Below are positions 23,866 through 37,043 of a stretch of 64,000 nt of DNA, piece after piece (positions within the stretch are counted from its first letter, which is position 1; each line of letters begins with the position of its first letter). The notes under the pieces are model-generated. The model made no database searches and was not told the DNA's origin. It saw only the letters and a program-made list of their open reading frames with translations. This stretch comes from Neodothiora populina (lineage: Eukaryota). Made by a program: the position numbers and the translations under genes. The stretch is from NCBI RefSeq assembly GCF_041146345.1, contig NW_027191402.1, forward strand, positions 1,178,001 to 1,242,000, in the 5' to 3' direction.

Positions 23866-25755
23866 GATGGTAAAGAGTGCTTGGGATGGTCACGGCAACA
23901 AGATCGCTATATTGCAAAAGAGGCAGATGACATATGGCAGTGAAGGGGGGGTCACGGCAACGATGACAGAAAGGAAGAAGGGTATAAGCAAGACGGCTCG
24001 CGCCCTCGCGGTTTGGAAATAATGTGAAAACATATGGCACCGTCCTCCGACTAGCGGAAAAACTTTGGGGAGAAAGACAGACGTATTAGTTGATGAGCCG
24101 ATGTGAACGTGAGGGCGGAGTAAGCAGATCACAACAAGCATGCTATGAGACGAGCAATGAAGGGGCTCCCTCGTTAGACGCCACTGCAAAAGGCCAACGC
24201 TTACCAAAGGAAAACGTGCCTACGCATGTTCAGCAATATCAGCATGTCGATAGTACCAAAGTTTCGATAGTCAATGCGACGTAGGTTCCCACTGTGACTT
24301 CAAGCTCTTGGAGGATGTACGAGCTACAAAGCCCTACTATCCCAAGAAGCTCTTCCTGAGTAATTTGCTTAGTCTGATTATATGTCATGTCTTTTTTTAT
24401 TCGCACGTCAAGAGGTACCCACATCGAAGATGTATATCGTCGCAACAACATTGCTATTGGAAGAATATTCCGTAACGCGGCGTGAAGTTCATCTTCTACA
24501 AATATACCGTTTTGCTCAAGGAAAATGTGCAGACATACAGCCGCTGGCGTGCATTTGATAGCATCTGCCATAATTAGACTTCGCAGGCCCACAAGATCAT
24601 AAGTCGTAAAACACAGGGTCAGGTCCGCAGTTCTTTTTACCGTTCAGCCTTCCATGCTGTTGACGCAACGTTCATCTGTATCTTCCGACTCCCGAGTCAC
24701 TAGTAATATACTATATAACTACAGGAGTCGAGAACTCGACAATGCTGATTATCGTAATTCTCCGGACTTGTGATTTCGCGGACTCGCGATTTTCACAGAC
24801 TTGTGGGTTGGAGTTGAGAGGCCTTACGAAGCGCTATAGTATGTAGTACCTGACGTTTCGATAGTATAGAGTACAACTTCCTCCTTCCCTTACCGACCGC
24901 AAGAATATTATCACCCTTAGTCTTATACACAGCGACTGTAGCATCAGTTTCTATTATAACAAACATTTTCAGATGAACTTAGCTTACAGTATTCGCAATA
25001 AAAGAAACCCGCAGAGTATAGTACTACTTCACTAACAGTTTTATGTAGACCCCAGCTTCGAGCCCTGAATTCGACGTGATCTTGGAACCACAGAATGAAC
25101 GAGGTTGACTTTTCAGTTTTTCGATTCTACGATACTAGATTTTCGTTTTGGCAGATACGTAAAGTAGGTAATTATGGCCGACCGTCATTAGTAGGTTACA
25201 TGGCTATAGTTTCACGAATCATAAGGCTCACTAAAGACAAACGTTACATCGTTGCGAATAGAAGCTTAAGCCAAGGTCCATGATAGTGCCAATAATGATT
25301 GCCACAGGGTACATTCGTTGATAGTAGTGATTAGATACGAAGTATGGCAGACAGCTGTGGTAGCGAAGAGATGCCTTCTCCGTAGGTACGAAAAGAATCC
25401 ATGCCGTTCTGCATCAGCAGAGGTACAGTACTTCGCCTGCATACAGCGAGCGGGTGCAGAGCGCCCACTTCCGAGGGTTCAAGGCTGCTTCCGGGACTGT
25501 CACGTGGCAGCGATCCGACATCTTTCCGTTCGCCAAGGCCCAGGGCTCAGGGTCCATCGATTCACACTGTTCACCTACAAAGATACTGTTCACCTACTGT
25601 ACACTGATACTAATACAAGGTCTGAACCTTTGTCTACAGTTATACGGCCCGTTCTCAATCTGCTTTGGTGTGATCGTAACTCACAAGCGTAATTTATGCA
25701 TTGCATCAATTACTTACTGATTACGAATCTTATATAACGTGCCTGGACTTCGACA

Positions 25756-26649
25756 GTGAGTTCACAACTGGTGCTTCCATATTATAGAGAAGAGCGCGAC
25801 TTACCTGCGCCTCTACCGTCTGTCGATGATATTCGAGCTTCTACATACTACCTCAAAGGCGCCGAGGAATGGGCTGATGAAAAATTTGTTCGCGTCGGTG
25901 ATCACTTTGTCGTCAAGTATAGTCATTATCAGAACGTTGTCGAAGGCGAGAATCTATTGTACATCGAGCAAAATCTCCAGATATCTGCACCGAGGCTGTA
26001 TGCAATGTGGAAAGAGCCAGACGGAAAATTCTATCTTGTTATGAACTACATCCCTGGAAATACACTCGAGGAATTATGGCCGACCCTCCGGCCAGATGGA
26101 AAAGCCTCCATCGTGTCAAAGGTGAAAGAAGCGTTAGACCAGATGCGTGCCCTTCCTTCTCCTGGTTTTTTCGGAAGTACCGCGAGAAATTACTTGCCCA
26201 CTCCTCTTTTCTACTGGCCGGAACGCCCGCGCAGTGTATGCGGGCCGTTTCGAGATGAGCGCGATCTCGTGATGGGATTAGCATCAAAGTCTCGGCTTAT
26301 AGCCGAAATGAATCATAAGCACTCGTTCCTAGCGGACTCTTACGACGGCTCGCTGATCCACGATCTTGTCAAGACTGACCGGGCGTCAGTCTTCACTCAT
26401 GCGGACCTCCAAATGAAAAACATCCAGGTAGAAGAGATTAATCCTGGAAACCCTTCCAATAAGGAGTACCTGGTCTCAATTTTAGATTGGGAGAACGCTG
26501 GATGGTACCCGTGCTATTGGGAATATTTCTCTGTCTTCATAGCATTCCGATGGGATAGCGACTGGCTCGATCAAGCGACTAAAGCCGTCGTTGCATGGCC
26601 TGCAGAGGCAGCAATGCTCAGACTGATATATCAGGATCTGTGGGTCTAA
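25756..26649 (+). CDS. Aminoglycoside phosphotransferase (APH)/choline kinase-like protein
   Basis: FVVKY...EGENL...APRLY...YIPGNTL, THADLQMKNI, ILDWENAGWYPCYWEY. The ORF opens on GTG with an in-frame stop at 25735 and no upstream ATG. Confidence 0.85.
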   Translation: MSSQLVLPYYREERDLPAPLPSVDDIRASTYYLKGAEEWADEKFVRVGDHFVVKYSHYQNVVEGENLLYIEQNLQISAPRLYAMWKEPDGKFYLVMNYIPGNTLEELWPTLRPDGKASIVSKVKEALDQMRALPSPGFFGSTARNYLPTPLFYWPERPRSVCGPFRDERDLVMGLASKSRLIAEMNHKHSFLADSYDGSLIHDLVKTDRASVFTHADLQMKNIQVEEINPGNPSNKEYLVSILDWENAGWYPCYWEYFSVFIAFRWDSDWLDQATKAVVAWPAEAAMLRLIYQDLWV

Positions 26650-29600
26650 GTTAGGGACGCATATCAAGGAAGCAAGGGTGTGGGTAAGGTGAAGCAGGTC
26701 GGACTCGATCTCCTGATTGTGACTCATGTTATGACCAGGCCGTGTACAATCGACGAGAATATTCAGTAAGTCTTAATCTGCACGGGGTGGAGTCCAACCG
26801 CTGTCGAGCTCGCTAACGCCAATGCTCTGTACTTACATCACGTCACATTGCCTGCAAGCCATCTCTCGATCCATCGCACTCTTTCCATCCGTCTGGCTCG
26901 GCCCTGCTTTGCAGATGCCAGTTCTCTTTTCACCACTGACATATTGATCACGAGTACTGCCACGGCTTGTAGACTGAAATTATGCCCATCGTTAATCCTG
27001 CGAGATACTAAGCGATCTGTAAATATTCCGATCTTGACGTCTAAAGGTAATTACCTGATTGGTCATATTCCCAAGAGCGAGAAGGGAAGTATTGAGTAGC
27101 CAATCGGAAAAACCAGATCAACGTTTGCTGTCACTGTTTTATCACATGTGTAGTGATCACATGCAAAGCGTTCGGTCACTCTCGCGAAGTTCGTACTATT
27201 TGCAAGCGTTGTACCAACTGAGATGCAAATAGTGTTTCGTAGGTGAAGTCATAAGGCGACTCATCTTTGTGTGCTACGAGCAGTACAAGATCGCAATACC
27301 TCTGCTACCTTAATCTCAAGAATTTTGCCGAGGACATGGGCTAGCCCCAGCGATTACACTAGATATTCCGGACTCTCCGAAGATCATGCAAGGAAAGCGA
27401 ACTTCTGGATCAGGTCACGTGTGGTAGGATATCGGCTATGGTGTGCAGAAGCCCGAATCAGCAGCTAAATTGTCGGACAACATGTCAGAACAAATAGACT
27501 CGGCTCGGTCCTCTCGGAACATTGTTGAATAGCTAAGTAGCCCAAAAAGCGTTGCACGATTCACAGCAACACACCTACGTCGAGACCTTAGTTTTGTAGA
27601 TGTGCATGGGCATTACTTAGTTGCATGATGCATGCTTCCTTCGTGCGTACACAGCTCAGGATATGCCACAAGTAGACTATCCATATATTGACTCTGGTAA
27701 TCGCGGGGGAGCGGCCAGGGTCGGAGCTGAAAGAGCCTAATCATCGGATTTGTTGCGGATTGCATGATGTGTTCTAGACCTTGGACCAGCCTTCATATCC
27801 TTTCAAGAACCCCACCAATTACTCTTTTCTCCGTTCGTATTTTCCCTGAAGATAACCCACGAGCTCCGGCTAGACCTGCTGTATTCGTGGATTCAGACAT
27901 CATGCGGAATATGTCAAATCATTGAGTAAGTCCGGGTTTTGCTCAAAGTTATCTTATTAGCTAGATTCCTCATCAGTTGCACTAGGTACGAAGCATCGGT
28001 CTCGTGTTAGCGTCTTTATGTCGGTCCTAGTGTCGATGTAGCTAGATATTGAACTATTGGAAGCGCAACAAGTCACTTGATATCAAATATCTTGCGTTCA
28101 TCTCTGATTTATGCACAGCTCGTAGGTAATTCTCCGTTTATATAAGTTGCATGGAAGCAGAATACCGAAGGACATGATTTCCGCCATAGTCCCTAGTATC
28201 TCATGAGTCTCTTGTAGTCGAAACAATCTTCATTCAGGTCTCATTTGAACATAAGGAATCAGTGCCTTGATCTTCAAGTGCCATTCCTATGTGGCCCGAT
28301 CTTACGTGGCCCGAATGAAACCATAAAGTCGGAGCTCTTTGAGCGCTATGCTATCGTGAATCTCAGCTACGACCTGAGCACGTAAGTATCATTTCTGCTT
28401 GACAACGATCTTGCGCTCAATCTGAAACAATGTAAGCCAGCCCAACATGAGTCTTCAGTTTAATGGTTTGATCCTGATCCTCCCGCTACTACGTCAGTAA
28501 AGAATTACTTGCGAAGCAGCACGTAAATCAACAACATACGCACTCTGGAATACGCTCATATTCAACTTGTTCCCGCAAAACAACTATGTTATAGCGCCTC
28601 ACGCACATATGAAATATCAGCGGGGCGATTTCTATCCCGACTTTCTAGTGAAGTGTCTAAGGGGTGGAGATTATTTTTCCAACAATTGTGGTGGCCGAAG
28701 CGAAGCCCCAATAGCAAACGGAAGGCCAGGACGAGCGTGTTTTGGAGCAGGCGCTGGCCTACGCTTTAGTGGTTCTGCAAATGAACCAAAGCAAAGACTT
28801 ATTTTCGCATGGCATATTGTTGGTGTGAGGATGATGGCGTACAAAGTAACCCCGCAAGCCTGTGAACCGGAGAGCTTGGTAGGACAATTTGATGGATCGG
28901 ATGAATGATGCTTCGAAGACTCAGGAGATGGTAGACCGTATCAATACGGAAGAGTTGCTGGTGCAAAGTTAGGGAGTGGCATAAGGAGGATTTCTGAAAG
29001 GTAACATTGGCGACCTGGAGAATGAACGCAGCATTTGCGCGACGTTGCGTCATAGTCGAAGTTGATGAATCCTGGCCTGTAGATGATTAGAACAGCTACC
29101 TGTACGCGCAATCCGCTATATTGTAGTATTCGGCTGGTTGGTTTACTAATGGATGACTACATGCTATCTAAAGTACGTGGCAGGCAATCACCAGGAAGTT
29201 CTTAATCTGCTGTATTCAAGAAGTGACTCGGCGAAGAAGTAATATGCTTGAACAGACCTTGGGAACTAGGAAGTATCTCTTGCTCGATCTCACTTCGGAT
29301 GAAGCTGAGGCTCTCTGATTGCCCCGCTAGAAAGTCTCCCCTCTGAGATATACTCATGTCGCTGTAGGGAGAGTAGACGGGCCGCCGCTGAACCTACATT
29401 GCTAGTCAGTACTAAGAAGAGCTTCTGAGCCACCTTGGCTGACCAGAGAAATTCCTGCTTCATAGGAGCCACGAACAAGACTTCAAGAGACCAAGTTGCG
29501 CATGATAGCGTAAGCGAATTCACCCTTCAATTCGTGCAGATACCTATACTATTCAATTCTAATCGTCGCGTGACATGCAATCTACCGTCAATTTTCTGCT

Positions 29601-31164
29601 GTACAGAACACGTCTGCGTTCAGTCTGCTCGAAGCTGTTCTGATATAAGATACGATAGTGGGTGTGTAGACTAGCCTTAGCATAGATTGTGGTATCACTT
29701 TTGTCATATGTATTCTTGCGCTGTAACTACATACACAACGCTTTGATGAGTTCCGTTGATACTCCTTACTCAATGCCAGACTCTGGATCGCTCTGGTCTT
29801 GTGGTAGACTCTCAAACATGCCTACACGAGACATTGCGCCGAGACAACTGGTCTATTAAATAGTTGACGAACGACCGTAGACCAAAGAATCGCATACTAA
29901 CACTGATAGAGCAGAAAATACCCCGTGGCCAAGGGACCGTTAGCCATAGTATGGCAGAGCTGTCTACGAATATCAATGAACGTCCGAAGGTTGTGAGACG
30001 CTGCAGGTAGTAGGATGGGGAACACGAACTAGGAGCCCGCAGCGTTTCTTACCTTGACAGTAACACCTTTGTTGGTCCTAGCTTCAGCATACCCTAGAGC
30101 TTCAATTCTCTCTCCCGCATCGACGTCAAGATTTCATGAAACCTTTTCTGGGTCTGCGTATTGCCATCCTAGGATGTGAGCTCTCCCAGATCGGGTGATG
30201 AACTCTAGGCTTAGCACGACTGAATTCGTTGAGATTACAAAGGCGCTGAGAAATGCAATGGGATCAGAATCGGTTGTATGCACGCAATACCACGAAGGAA
30301 GGAGTTGCAACTAGATGAGTAGATAAGCTGGATGAATTCTGGCGGCACCATATTCAATGGATCTGCAGGGCTCGTGAGTTTACCGTTGGACGGTTACCCT
30401 TTAGTCATATATGGTAAAGAAAGTCGCCAATATTGTCGAGGGCTAGGAAGTTCCACCGTTAAGGTACTCTTCGATCGATGTACTGCACTGTAGTTCCAGG
30501 TTGATCTCAGTAGTCCGGCTCAATAAGACGTAGGCACTTGATATGCTCTTGAACACATTACTATTCCAAAACAACTATGCTAATATTGTCCGGAACGTAC
30601 TGTAATTGATTGTCCAAATTGATGGTCGTGGACTGCTTTTGACGTCTCCGAAAGTGCTTCTGCTCATGCTGTTACCCAGACAAACAGAGCAGGTGACTAG
30701 CTATATTCACTTATCAGCCAAAGAGATGAGGACATCATGATCACAGTCGTGGCAAGATGTTGTCATCTTAGACAATCTCGTGTTCTGGACTGGGGCTAGC
30801 AAGGGATATGACGCTTTGATAGATAACAAACCTTCGGGTGGAGACACTTTTGGTGAACACAGTCGTACAACTGTGAGGCAATGGACGTGCGACTTAGTCA
30901 CGTAACTCATCAGTGCTTGAGCGGGATGATGGAACTCTGTGAGATCATAGGTACCAGCTAAAGCGAACTAAGACTCCACTCCTGATCGGAACAAACTGCC
31001 AGCAGAGGATGCGTTGTAAGCGTTAGCTCATGCTATCTCCCAGAAGAGACCAAACGCTGAACACCCTTTGGATAAAACATCGTATTCATCGACTTAACTG
31101 CGAACTTTTGATCAATTCACTGCGGGACCGCAACTTCGGACCCGTCTGTTTCTTTTTAAAAACC

Positions 31165-32633
31165 ATGTCAATTCATGATCTAGCTGACGAAATTCTTATA
31201 TAAATCTTTCCTCATCTCGAACCGGGAGAGACTTTGGACCCAACCTCTGACGGGGCACATCTCGAACACGTTATGCTACAGCGTTGTCGTGATCTTTCCA
31301 GCCTGTGTAGGACATCACGTAGAATGAATGATGTTGCGAGACCAATGCTATATTCGCTTTATGTCAAACCTTACTCTTTCGACCCACCTCTGCACAAAGA
31401 CAAGCGACCTAACTTGAGACTTTCTCTAAGGTCGTTATACAGCCATCCTGAGCTTGCAAAGCATGTCAGAACCGTATATCTTGGTACGTGGGATTGGAAG
31501 AATGAGCAAGACTTTGTTACGTGGCATTGGAAGAAGAAGCAAAATATCTCCAGGAATACATCTGATGAATCCGGTTTGAGCAAAGAGCAAATGTTGGCAC
31601 TTCGCGAAAACTTCCTATTCCCAGAAGTAGAAGCGGAATGGGTAGAGAGGTGGGAACTCGGACTTCGAAAGCACAACGTGGACGCTAACATCGCTCTCCT
31701 TCTGATGCAGTTGGAGAACCTCCAACATCTTATATTCCAGTGGCCGTCCGATTATATGGGATATTCGGAGTAGCAATATTTGAAGCTGTCTGCCTTTCCC
31801 ACGTTTCTTCGCAGCCTGTTCGATTTAGCCCCACCAATAGACTGGACTCACCAATCCTCGGGTCACTTACGCAAGTTGTGATTCTAAAAAACCCTCCTAA
31901 TGTCACGTTATCTGCGGCTCACCTTTCAAGCCTTCCTGATGATACGCCATCTGCGGATCCCATACTTGAGATCATGCACTTGCAATCACTGAAATCGTTG
32001 AGTATATGTATGGGCTTCCCGCTGCAACGGAGCGAACCTACAATTCCCACATATGATTGGAAACATATCGTCGACTTACGCTTGATAAATCCTTGGCCTA
32101 TGAACTTTGGATCGTTCATTGAGGGTTGTATACAGATTACAGGATCTTGTACGGCGCTAAAAAGCTGTGTAATATCATATGTTACGGAGGAAGTCCCCTC
32201 ATGGAAAGCAATCGATGAGAAATTGGCGAAGCACAAAGCCTCGCTGCTCAGCCTTGTACTCGATGTCTCCCTTGACATGCACTTGCGCGTGGGGGTGAAA
32301 CCTTTGCAGTCTTTGCGGGAGTTCACGAGCCTTCTTGTCATGAAGGTTCACTACTTAGCCATAGTCGAGAGATTCGCCATTGCTTGCGACATCATTACTA
32401 ACTTCTTACCCCCACAACTCGAAGAGCTTGCAATTCTCAGATGTGACTTAGACCCTGTATCACAGCGCCATCTAGATCAGTTCGCTGACATATTTGCAAG
32501 AAGCGGCATGCAGATGTGGCCCAAACTACGTAGGGTAAGGTTTGAGTTCAGGTACACTGACATCATTTCCGATGCAGATGGCGGGTTCGTGGAGTTTGCC
32601 GAAGCAAGTATGACGAAAGCTGTTGGCGCATGA
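31165..32633 (+). pseudogene. F-box / LRR-like protein
   Basis: MSIHDLADEILI*IFPHL (F-box start, TAA at 31201), LSSLCRTSRRMNDVARPMLY, HPELAKHVRTV, LPPQLEEL. TAG at 31771 plus a frameshift. Confidence 0.8.
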
Positions 32634-35600
32634 AAACGTAAACTCATGTCCATTGGGTTCGAGATCTACTATATTACACTCGGAAAAACATCTGTAGAAC
32701 GACTAACGGTACTGGTGACTGTGAGGCCGTGGACTGGAGGCACGAGATCTCAGTGGCCAGGTATACCTTGAAGTGATTTGCCTAGTGTACTATAGCTCGA
32801 TATCCGCGCATGAGAGCCAACGAATAATTTGATTTGATTAGTTATATCTCGCCACGAGCACAGGGAGTGGAGGAACTCGCTACAGTGCTCCACCTCGACA
32901 ATTTCACAGGTGCTGTGAATGGTGGAAAGCTCGCAATTCGAATGCTCTATTCTGACTATCGGCTGACCCATTGATCAGGTCTCACAGGCCCCGGAGATGC
33001 GCCGTCTGAGACGTACACGAGACCATCTCTGCCCCAGAAGCGTCTACTAATCGGTCTGATGTTCTGACTATTTCAGAGGATCGACCAAATCGTTGCGTCA
33101 TTCAACGCGCAAAAAGAGATTACCGCAGCTGGAGTGGGAAGCAACTATGACCAAATGGAAGCTACCGTGTTACTATTCTTCACTTCAAAATAACACCCGT
33201 AACCTATATCCATCTTCTGCTCTTTCCTAAAATTAGGATACTATATTATATTGATAGTTTTATTTGACCACATCGCGTAGTAAGAGTCTTGGTAGTACTT
33301 TCAGCCAGAAGGTGACTAGTCGAAAGCGCACATCTACAGTAACAGTAACGTTAAGTACTAAGGAGCAATATAGTATCTCGAGAGACTACAGTGATCGCTA
33401 TACTCCGTACTTACTGGCCTGCTCAGATGTGGGGTCCATGGTAGCATATAAATCGAGATGGGACTGATAACATTGAATTATGTACTGAACCATGCTACAG
33501 AAATACGAAGCTACTCTATCCCCGTCTCTCTCCCACGAAACAGACACCTTTAAGGTAATGGTTCAGACTTCTCTGGAATTGCTGTATACGCCCCTCTGTT
33601 CCGGACTGAGAAGGCTCTTCGTTGGGTTAACTGGTGTGGGTGTAGTAACCATATCTTTAGAACCTTGATGAATGGTGTTTAGTCGACCACATTGGTTAGC
33701 TGGTAGAACAGTCCCCAAATCACCATATGTGTTGCCAGTCAGATAATACGTGGATCTAATTCTGAAGGGCGCCATGATAGAACCTTCGGATTCTAAGACA
33801 ATCAATGAATAGATAGACGGCAACTCAACCTGAGTGACTGTTTCCCGATTATCATCTATCGGAGGTAAGAGCAAGCCTGCGTTGGAGAGATGATTATAGT
33901 TTGAGTTGCACTTCGCCATAATTTGCGTCTAGCATGTTAGGCTGCTTGGCGCTCTTCGTGCAGTAGAGTTTCTTACTTGTTCGGGATGGCATATGTCTTT
34001 ATTGGCACCAGCATCCTGGCAGGTTTGACATCACGATCCGTCATTGGAATATCCGGGAACACACCTAATCTTGAACCTCCTGCACCGCGTACACTGCGCA
34101 GATAGTCGGCAGAGTTGGATATGGACTTTGTGCTACATTACTGCTGTTCTACCACGTTTCTGAATTTTGTGTTGTTGGGAGACCTTAGCATCTAGTGGTG
34201 GGGTATCATGCGGGTGAATCTGATCATTCATTTTGATGTGGGTGAGTTGCAAGAATTGATTTTACGTAGATCACGTGCTTAACGTAGGAGTCTGTAGAGG
34301 GTTTGCAACAGATGCAATAGTGATAATTACTCGATACTTTTAGGCTTCCTAACTTGTTGCAAGTGTCCACATCAGAAACAACACCAGCAGCACATCGCAT
34401 GCGAGGTAAAAGAAGAATAAGCTACATTGCCGTCTCACCTTCTTTGTAAGATGAACACCATCACTTGGACCCTAGGATGATGTGCAAACCTCGGATCTCT
34501 CACCTATAGAGAGCACGTCGATGGCGATATCCGACTTGCCTGCGGTGAAAAGGCATCCGAAGGAAACTGAGCGTCTAACGCAAGTTTTGTGGAATTCGCA
34601 CTATCTCCACAAGCAACCTAAAATGAAGAATTACCGTGCGCGATTTTCCTTGCCTATGAATAAGAGAAGCAGTTTGTTCATGTTCGTAAACGATTGTCTA
34701 TGAAGCTTGTGCATATCAGCGCTTGGACGATCTGCATCTGGAAGGTCATGCTTCACGATACGGAGATGTGTGCCAAAAGTCCTTCCACACTCTAGTAAAC
34801 TTCGTTAAGATAGCCTGTAAACCGCTTCTCGTTTTCCTCAGATAGTTGACTACTGCGTTCGGGAAAAGAGAAACCGTAGTCTTGAAACATAGAGTCATAG
34901 ATCGTCCACCTAGAGCAGCATGCTTCTCCGGGACATCCTAGGTCCTAGTGCTGACATTTGCAGGTCCCAAGGACATAGGCGGAGAATACAAGGACTTCTT
35001 GTCTTTATTTCCCGGACTTGGAGTGATACAGACATGCTGTAAGATGGTTAAGTGGAACTTCTGTACCATAGACCGGAGAATCTATTAAGCCGCCCAATTA
35101 CTTGATGCCGGTACGTCAGGTGAGGGGCCGTGCGCAGGGTGGGTCTTGGATAGACTGGTCTTACTAAGTGGCTGCTCCGATCGACTGTTTAGTGTTGTCG
35201 GGCAGAAGGTACAGAGTCTATATATTAGTTATTACCCATCTATGGTATGTACAGCAGACGTCCCTGAGCAGAGTTTCGAGATGAGCTTCTCTCACTCAAG
35301 CCACGAACCGTTGGTTTATACCACTTTTGGCATTAGGGACACAACATCACGAAATTCTTCTCCGTGTAAAGCCCGCACTACGAACAGCAGAAGCGCACCA
35401 GCCACTTTGAATGCCAAGACTTACTCGAGTCGAAAAAGACACAACGCTGACTATCGTAATGGGTAGGAAGTGATAGCACAGTAGCGAGTTGTCCGTTACA
35501 TCAGATGAGATAGGATAAGACACGCATTGAACGATCTGCTCACGCGTCGCTTTGTTGCAATTAGTCTATACTCAATTCATTTCAAATCTATTTGCCAGAG

Positions 35601-35811
35601 TGAAAGAAGGTATGTAACAACGTATGAATCGCTCGCAAGCAATAGATCTGCCTGTAGTCAAAGCTATTCGTTGTCCTATTGCTAGGTTGCTTGCCTCGGT
35701 GGCGTATGTACAGTGGGCGAGGGCCCTCGCCTAAGCGGGGCCCGTGCAGCTCACGTGCATTTTCCAGAAGGGTCGGACAGGTAGTCCTAATACAGTCAGG
35801 AACACTAATTA

Positions 35812-35856
35812 TAGATTCCGCTTAGATTCCGCTTAGATTCCGCTTAGATTCCGCTT
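35812..35856. repeat. Tandem repeat, 4 x 11 bp (TAGATTCCGCT)
   Basis: Four perfect units read directly. Confidence 0.95.
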
Positions 35857-37043
35857 GTGCAGGAGATCCTATCGCTCTGAAGAACGCTTCCAAGCTCCAT
35901 CGATCTTTATTTTATCGCTGTCTGGGCTTGACGTCTCTGATTACTATTGATCCAACGGCGACGGCCTGCTGTCAGGTTGGTATACAAGTCTGCCAGCTTA
36001 GTTCTCTTGTTACATTGGACAGAAATCTCTCGCTGGACCTTGTGTAACAGAGCGGGTACTCGGAATCATTAAGCTAAGTAGACAAAAGATCCACAGTGAT
36101 GCTGATCAGGGATTGCTGGTCGAGTACACGGATATATACGTAGGTGTGATAATCAGAGCAGAGGGCGACCCTGTCCGTCCTTTCATACCTTGTGCCGAAG
36201 ACTTGATATAGTGTACATCACCGGGATGTTTGAGGTGAACTTGAGAGACGCACTATAGATACGGGCCTTTTGGACGAGTATCTCTGTTATCCAATAAGAT
36301 GCTTTCGTTCGTGCATGCGAGCTTTGGTGCTCTGTGACACCGAATTTCCGTCTCCAAGACGCTCAAAATCAAAACACCGCTGTACTTCTTTACCATTGCG
36401 TTGAAAGATCACATGTAACCGTACGGAGCAGACGAATAAGACTTGGCATCCCAAGAGCGATGGTCTTATGTCTTTTTGCTATGATGATGCTCGACTCGTG
36501 TTATCATCAAGACCTACCCCAACTGACTGCACGTCCTTGGGTAGCCATCGATAACCACCTTGGACGCTTCCTTGGACGCTTTGACTTGACTCGCGACTTG
36601 ACTCGTAGTGCTCCGCGGGGAATAATCGGGACCGCACCCTTAATTTGGCTCAGGTCCCAAGGGGAAACCTGTCACTGCACTAGCGCGACGATCCATTCGA
36701 CATACCGTCATTCAAGGTTGGGTGGACAGGATCCTCCCACCCTTGCGACAAGGTACAGTATATATTGCGTGTATTCAGTCAAATCCCTTGTCAGGGGATA
36801 TCGAGTCTTTGAGTCAAGTGGTGGATCTGCACTGGATAGCGGACCCTCGTACAATACTGTATGTTGTACTGTACAGTACAGGGCTCTGCGGTTGAGGTCG
36901 CTCCTCCTTGCTCGCCCAGTAGGCTGGTGCGGGAAGTCCCTTGACTTTTTGAAGTCTACTGTAGCAGTGAATGTAAGCCCCCTGTAGTCATTTTCCGTGC
37001 TAGCTTAAGGACACCCTCGCCTTCGAAGCGCCATTAAGAAAAC

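Noticed and set aside
30050..30380. Minus-strand beta-rich peptide (LSLEFITRSGRAHILG...GERIEAL), jacalin-like
   Set aside because: Too short and interrupted to assign.
33563..33919. 118-aa ORF with a VELPSIYSL transcription-factor-like motif
   Set aside because: No DNA-binding domain found downstream; a single short motif is insufficient.
36334..36987. 217-aa ORF
   Set aside because: GTG start, no recognisable motif, and it crosses short duplications and palindromes. Probably spurious.
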